Virus record (IMG/VR): IMGVR_UViG_3300008954_000051
Location: 1-63,520 of that record
DNA: 63,520 nt
Direction: 5' to 3' (one strand)
From: a virus
Lineage: Duplodnaviria; Caudoviricetes
Positions 58,669 to 63,520 of the stretch are shown here, piece after piece (position 1 is the first letter of the stretch; every line of letters starts with the position of its first letter). The position numbers were made by a program, and so were the translations under genes. The notes beneath the pieces are model-generated. The model was given only the letters and a program-made list of their open reading frames with translations. It made no database searches and was not told the origin of the DNA.

Positions 58669-59745
58669 ATGGCTAAGATTGTTCTATTGACGGATACGCA
58701 TTTTGGCGCCAGAAATGATTCTGCTATATTCAGAGAGTATTTTTTCAAGTTCTATAATGAATTGTTCTTCCCCTTTCTTGAAGACAATAACATTAAAACT
58801 GTTGTACATTTAGGTGATATTGTAGATCGCCGAAAGTATATTAACTTCAATACCCTAAAATCATTTCGCGATGATTTTGTATTTCGATTAGGTAGGATGG
58901 GAATTGACACCCATATTATTATAGGCAACCATGACTGCCACTATAAGAATACCAATCGTATTAATTCAATGGATACTTTATTTAGCACATTAGACGGTAA
59001 ATATGAACCTTGGATATATTCATCGCCTACTGAAGTTAATATCGACGGTTTGAATATTCTTATGGTTCCTTGGATTAATTCTGAAAATTATGACGAATCT
59101 GTTGATCTCATAAAAACCAGTGCGGCTCCTGTTCTTATGGGGCATCTTGAGATTAAAGGGTTTTTAATGGACCAAAAGATGAGAAACCCTATAGGTTTGA
59201 ACGCATCATTGTTCGATAGATTTGACATGGTTATGTCTGGTCATTTTCATCATAAGTCTGATAATGGAACAATCTTTTATCTTGGTAATCCATATGAAAT
59301 GACATGGATTGATTATAATGATAAACGAGGATTTCATACCTTTGATACTGAAACTAGAGAACTAGAGTTCATTCAAAATCCTTATCGAATGTTTCATAAG
59401 ATTTATTATGATGATACCGATAAGACATTTGAAGAGGTTACGATACAAGAATTCGAGAAATATAAGAACACGAACGTTAAAGTTGTGGTTCAAAATAAAA
59501 CGAACCCTTATTGGTTTGATATTATGTTGGATGGTCTGTATAAAGTGGGGCCGAATGATGTGAAAATTGTAGAAGACTATAGTGAAGTTATTTTAGAGGA
59601 TGAGATGGGTGTTGATCAAGCCGAAGATACTATGAGTATTTTAAACACATACATTGATTCTTTAAACTCTAATACAGATAAGACTAAGTTGAAAAGTTTG
59701 TTTAAAGAGTTGTACCAAGAAGCTAATACCCTTGGAACTGAATAA
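58669..59745 (+). CDS. gp47: Recombination nuclease gp47 (Mre11/SbcD-like)
   Basis: DTHFGAR, HLGD..DRRK, GNHD, GHLE, SGHFH. Confidence 0.96.
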   Translation: MAKIVLLTDTHFGARNDSAIFREYFFKFYNELFFPFLEDNNIKTVVHLGDIVDRRKYINFNTLKSFRDDFVFRLGRMGIDTHIIIGNHDCHYKNTNRINSMDTLFSTLDGKYEPWIYSSPTEVNIDGLNILMVPWINSENYDESVDLIKTSAAPVLMGHLEIKGFLMDQKMRNPIGLNASLFDRFDMVMSGHFHHKSDNGTIFYLGNPYEMTWIDYNDKRGFHTFDTETRELEFIQNPYRMFHKIYYDDTDKTFEEVTIQEFEKYKNTNVKVVVQNKTNPYWFDIMLDGLYKVGPNDVKIVEDYSEVILEDEMGVDQAEDTMSILNTYIDSLNSNTDKTKLKSLFKELYQEANTLGTE

Positions 59746-59753
59746 GGATTAAT

Positions 59754-61472
59754 ATGGCATTGGAATTTCAGAAGGTTCGTTGGAAAAATTTCCTTTCTTC
59801 GGGAAATAATTTTATTGAGATTGAACTAAACAAATCAACCAGAACACTTATTATAGGAAAAAATGGTTCAGGAAAAAGCACACTTCTTGATGCCATTACC
59901 TTTGGTTTGTTTGGAAAGCCGTTTCGCAAGATTAGTAAACCCACGCTGATCAATAGTATTAACGATGGATCGTGTTGCGTTGAAATTGAGTTTTGTATTG
60001 GGAATAAACGGTATCATGTGGAGCGAGGAATTAAACCCAATTTATTTAATATAACAATAAATGGAACTACACTCGACCAGGCGTCTAGTGTAAAAGATGC
60101 ACAGGAATATTTTGAAGAACAAATTTTACACCTCAATTATAAGTCGTTTACCCAGGCTGTTATTTTGGGAAGCGCAACATTTCTTCCTTTTATGCAATTA
60201 ACAGCAGCCCATAGAAGAGAAGTGATTGAAGACTTGTTGGATATTAGAATATTTTCAGGAATGAATTCTATTCTGAAAGAACGCATTAGTGAGGTTAAGT
60301 CTAAAATTTCTGATAATACACACAACATAGAACTAACTGAAGAAAAAATAGAAATTCATAATAATCATCTTAAAAAATTACAGACGAACCACCAGGCAAA
60401 ATTAGAAAAAAATAGAGAAGAGATAAAAGAGTCCCATGAAACTATCGTGGCACATAAATCTGAAATAACAACTCTTTCCAATCAAGTGCAAAATTTAAAT
60501 GTCACAATTACAGATCAAGATAAATTACAAAAATCTAAAAAATCTATAGAGGGGCTGTTGTTTAAAATACAAACAAATGAGTCTAAGATAAAAAAGGAAA
60601 TTGATTTTTATACGGACCACGATGACTGCCCGACTTGTGAACAAAAAATTGATGCAGGATTTAAATCAAAGACTATTGAAAATAAGTCTCTTAAATTAAA
60701 TGAATTAGAACAAGCATTGCTTGATCTTGAGGAAAAGGTTAAAGGAGTAGACAAGAGACTGTCAGAAATTTCTGGTGTGAAAGATCAAATTAACGAATTG
60801 CAAAATTCGATCAATGTGGAAAATAATTCGATTTCTGCTTTGACGCAGTATGTCAAAAAAATACAAGAGGAAAATGAAACCTTACAGGAAACAAAAGGTG
60901 ATCTTAATAAGGAAAAAGAAACCATAAAAACATTGTTGTCCGAAACAAAAGAATTGGAAAAATCACAAGAGGCACTATCGAATACAAAATCATTATATCA
61001 AACGGCTGGTGATCTATTAAAAGATTCAGGAATAAAAACATTAATCATAAAGCAATATATTCCTATCATTAATAAACTAATCAACCAACACTTGGCTGAT
61101 ATGGATTTTTTCGTTCACTTTACTCTAGACGAAAACTTTCAAGAGACAATTAAAAGTAGGCATAGGGATCAGTTTTCGTATTATAATTTTAGTGAAGGTG
61201 AGAAGAAGAGAATTGATCTTGCCCTTCTGTTTACCTGGAGGTCTGTGGCACGACTTAAAAATTCAATCAACACTAATCTTTTGATTTTGGATGAAGTTTT
61301 TGATAGTTCATTAGACATGGATGGTACTGAAGAGTTTATGAAAATTTTATATTCATTAGGTGAAGGACAAAACGTGTTTGTAATTTCCCATAAAACAGAC
61401 ATGCTGCATGATAAATTTGACGCATCGATTAAGTTTGAAAAAGTAAGAGGTTTTAGTCAGGTGGCTGCATGA
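59754..61472 (+). CDS. gp46: Recombination ATPase gp46 (Rad50/SbcC-like)
   Basis: Walker A GKNGSGKS, CPTC zinc hook, FSEGE signature, ILDEVFD, ISH. Confidence 0.97.
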   Translation: MALEFQKVRWKNFLSSGNNFIEIELNKSTRTLIIGKNGSGKSTLLDAITFGLFGKPFRKISKPTLINSINDGSCCVEIEFCIGNKRYHVERGIKPNLFNITINGTTLDQASSVKDAQEYFEEQILHLNYKSFTQAVILGSATFLPFMQLTAAHRREVIEDLLDIRIFSGMNSILKERISEVKSKISDNTHNIELTEEKIEIHNNHLKKLQTNHQAKLEKNREEIKESHETIVAHKSEITTLSNQVQNLNVTITDQDKLQKSKKSIEGLLFKIQTNESKIKKEIDFYTDHDDCPTCEQKIDAGFKSKTIENKSLKLNELEQALLDLEEKVKGVDKRLSEISGVKDQINELQNSINVENNSISALTQYVKKIQEENETLQETKGDLNKEKETIKTLLSETKELEKSQEALSNTKSLYQTAGDLLKDSGIKTLIIKQYIPIINKLINQHLADMDFFVHFTLDENFQETIKSRHRDQFSYYNFSEGEKKRIDLALLFTWRSVARLKNSINTNLLILDEVFDSSLDMDGTEEFMKILYSLGEGQNVFVISHKTDMLHDKFDASIKFEKVRGFSQVAA

Positions 61473-62617
61473 TGGAAGAAAAAAAACCATGGATGAAAGG
61501 TTATGAGTTAGAATACCTTAAAGAAATAGAAACATTTTATTCGTATTATAATACATATGCCATGTCTCCTTTTAATTCATTCAAAAAGAATAATGTAGCA
61601 GAAGGATTGCACGACAAATCATTATACTTTGATGGAGATGTTGCATTTACTAGTAAAATTTCAAAAGCTGCTTCTCCTATTAATATGTACCGTGGTGTAG
61701 TTATTGGGAACAAACAAAAGGGCGACTGTACTATAAAAAACTTAGCATGGAAAGAGGGCTGTCAATCAAAAGCCCTTGCAATTTTAAAAGAACATGAGAT
61801 TGATAAACCATGTTGGCTTTATGTTTGGGGGGAGGATGCGAATTCAAAAGAAGTTGCTTTGAAGGCAGGATTCTCTTGGGTTGGAACAAAAATTACAACC
61901 TTTGCTGAATTATATGGAATTTATTTCAGACCATCATTAACAGATAATGCGTTGTTTGATGTTCCAAGAATACATCCAGACAGGTTGCCTGAAGAGGATT
62001 TTTCTTTAGAAAAACTTTCGTTAGATGATGTGACTCCTTTGATTGAATTTTTATCAGAGCAAATTCAAAATTTGGACTTAGATTTCACGAATCATTATTC
62101 AAACTATAATAAAAATGGTGCATGGTCGGCACTATCGCTTCGTGGTTATACTCCTGATCCTGAATTTATTACCAAACCTATTGAGATGAATAAAAAGTGG
62201 AAAGAAGAACACGCAGACAAAATATTTGAAATGCAGGACACAATACTTAGAATGAATCTGGCTTCAGTCGAACTTATACTAGATTTGATTCCAAGCACAT
62301 TTCATCGAATTAGAATTATGCGACTTGCTCCTGGAGGAGGGGAACTTGAAAGACATACTGATCAAGTTGATCCCGATTCTGGTATTCAAGACGGAAAAAT
62401 TATGCGATTGCACTTTCCAATTATCACCAATGACTCTGTTGTATTTACCACATGGAATGTTGATGGTACTAAAAAAAATGTACATATGAAGGTGGGGGAA
62501 TGTTGGTATATTGATACTCGCAAGCCTCACCAGGCCATAAATACTGGAAAAACAGATCGACTTCATTTGGTTGTTGATGTTGATGCAAATGATGATGTGA
62601 GAGGATTATTATGTTAG
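61469..62617 (+). CDS. GNAT-like domain fused to an Asp/Asn beta-hydroxylase-type 2OG-Fe(II) oxygenase
   Basis: C-terminal RIRIMRLAPGG..ERHTD...RLHFPIITN...GECWYIDTRKPH.A.N....R.HLVVD (HxD...H); N-terminal WLYV..ED..S...A.KAGF.WVG resembles the GNAT C-terminal motif (weaker). Confidence 0.7.
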   Translation: MMEEKKPWMKGYELEYLKEIETFYSYYNTYAMSPFNSFKKNNVAEGLHDKSLYFDGDVAFTSKISKAASPINMYRGVVIGNKQKGDCTIKNLAWKEGCQSKALAILKEHEIDKPCWLYVWGEDANSKEVALKAGFSWVGTKITTFAELYGIYFRPSLTDNALFDVPRIHPDRLPEEDFSLEKLSLDDVTPLIEFLSEQIQNLDLDFTNHYSNYNKNGAWSALSLRGYTPDPEFITKPIEMNKKWKEEHADKIFEMQDTILRMNLASVELILDLIPSTFHRIRIMRLAPGGGELERHTDQVDPDSGIQDGKIMRLHFPIITNDSVVFTTWNVDGTKKNVHMKVGECWYIDTRKPHQAINTGKTDRLHLVVDVDANDDVRGLLC

Positions 62618-63399
62618 ATGGTAATGACGCAGAATACTACCTTCAAATTGTGAAAGATTGGATTGATCCAAATCCTGAGCCAGTTCTTAAAATGCACGAA
62701 GATTATATCGTGCTTCGAGATGACCTTTTAGGTGCCGGGACCAAAGTTCGAGGTGTAGATTATCTAATCGGACATATGCCAGAGTTTAAAGAAACCAAAG
62801 AGTGGGTTTTTGGTAGTTGTCCTGCCACAGGATATGCACAAATTAGTCTACCTGTGGTATGTGGCAAGTATGATAAGAAGGCTGTGCTGTTCATGGCAGA
62901 GCGAAAGCGAGAAAACCTTCATGGCTATCAGATTAAAGGATTGTCGTTGGGGGCAGACTATCGTTGGGTCCCTAATGGAATGTTAAATGTGACACAGAAA
63001 CGCGCCAAAGATTATGTAGCAGAGAATCCAACAGAACGTGCAGTTTTGCCTTTAGGCTTAGAGCATCCATCGGTGATTGGTTCTTTCATTAAAGTTGCCC
63101 GAGCGTTGCCTATTGAACCTAAAGAAGTTTGGACTGTAGGATCTAGCGGAACGCTTAATCGTTCTCTTCAATTGGCTTGGCCTGATGCAGAAATTCATGT
63201 GGTATCTGTTGGACATAATATGAAGGAACGTGAGGTTGGACGTGCTATATATCATAGAAGTGAATTAAAATTTGACAAACCTGTCAAGCCAGAAGACGCG
63301 CCTCCCTTTCCATCAGCGCCCACTTATGACGCCAAGGCATGGAAATTTATACGAGAACACGCATCTTCAGGAGCATTGTTTTGGAATGTAGGAGCGTAA
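62611..63399 (+). CDS. PLP-dependent enzyme, fold type II (ACC deaminase / D-cysteine desulfhydrase-like)
   Basis: LRDDLLGAGTKVR (Schiff-base Lys), VGSSGT phosphate loop, PTYDAKAW, LFWNVG. Confidence 0.8.
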   Translation: MLDGNDAEYYLQIVKDWIDPNPEPVLKMHEDYIVLRDDLLGAGTKVRGVDYLIGHMPEFKETKEWVFGSCPATGYAQISLPVVCGKYDKKAVLFMAERKRENLHGYQIKGLSLGADYRWVPNGMLNVTQKRAKDYVAENPTERAVLPLGLEHPSVIGSFIKVARALPIEPKEVWTVGSSGTLNRSLQLAWPDAEIHVVSVGHNMKEREVGRAIYHRSELKFDKPVKPEDAPPFPSAPTYDAKAWKFIREHASSGALFWNVGA

Positions 63400-63400
63400 T

Positions 63401-63520
63401 GTGAGAAAAGAACAAACAAGAAGACAAGCATTGAAAGAAACAGTTGTAACTCGTTTTGTTGGATTTACAGCCGCCCTTATAACGGCCGAACTATTTGTTT
63501 ATGAGATGTTTGGAGTCACA
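63401..63520 (+). CDS. Small membrane protein, 3' partial (not in the ORF track)
   Basis: AGGAG at 63390-94 then GTG; MRKEQTRRQALKETVVTRFVGFTAALITAELFVYEMFGVT, open to the window end, with one hydrophobic helix. Confidence 0.6.
   Translation, partial: MRKEQTRRQALKETVVTRFVGFTAALITAELFVYEMFGVT

Noticed and set aside
43413-61472. Inteins, introns or homing endonucleases in gp17, gp20, gp23, uvsW, gp47, gp46
   Set aside because: Lengths are ordinary and motifs contiguous; no HNH, GIY-YIG, LAGLIDADG or intein signature seen.
66-63255. Numerous minus-strand and alternative-frame ORFs of 60-160 aa
   Set aside because: They lie within or across well-supported + strand genes and show no motifs; treated as shadow ORFs.
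1-63520. Genome-wide TAG recoding (alternative genetic code)
   Set aside because: Five ORFs of 1700-2200 codons and all core genes are intact under code 11. TAG is a true stop at 5927, 40068, 57514 and 58632.
1-63520. CRISPR array, tRNA or rRNA genes
   Set aside because: Intergenic gaps are under about 100 bp and are filled by promoters, RBSs or the terminator; no repeat-spacer or cloverleaf pattern seen.

Overview
This window is a 63.5-kb, fully + strand, gene-dense stretch of an AT-rich T4-like myophage, with a gene order like that of marine cyanophage/pelagiphage-type T4 relatives. It runs: baseplate (gp48, gp53, putative hub, split gp5, PAAR, gp25, gp6, gp7, gp8), several very large virion proteins (TolB-like propeller, LamG/jelly-roll protein, DUF4815/VrlC-like, tail fibre), neck/tail (gp13-15, gp18, gp19, gp3), packaging/head (gp16, gp17, gp20-23), then uvsY, uvsW, gp55, gp47, gp46. 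T4 late promoters (TATAAATA), a consensus sigma70 promoter and a cUUCGg terminator are visible. The most interesting parts are: (1) an overlapping gene cluster after gp46 encoding a GNAT-like/Asp-Asn beta-hydroxylase fusion, a PLP enzyme and a small membrane protein, a candidate DNA or virion modification pathway; (2) a 1701-aa exploded TolB-type propeller directly after PAAR; (3) strong enrichment of an A-N-[S/T] motif in outer virion proteins; (4) a head-core polyprotein of alternating acidic and basic cassettes; (5) nested domain insertions in baseplate proteins; (6) four baseplate ORFs in one frame separated only by single TAG codons; (7) long pure G/C runs. All family assignments come from motif recognition by eye; no searches were run.
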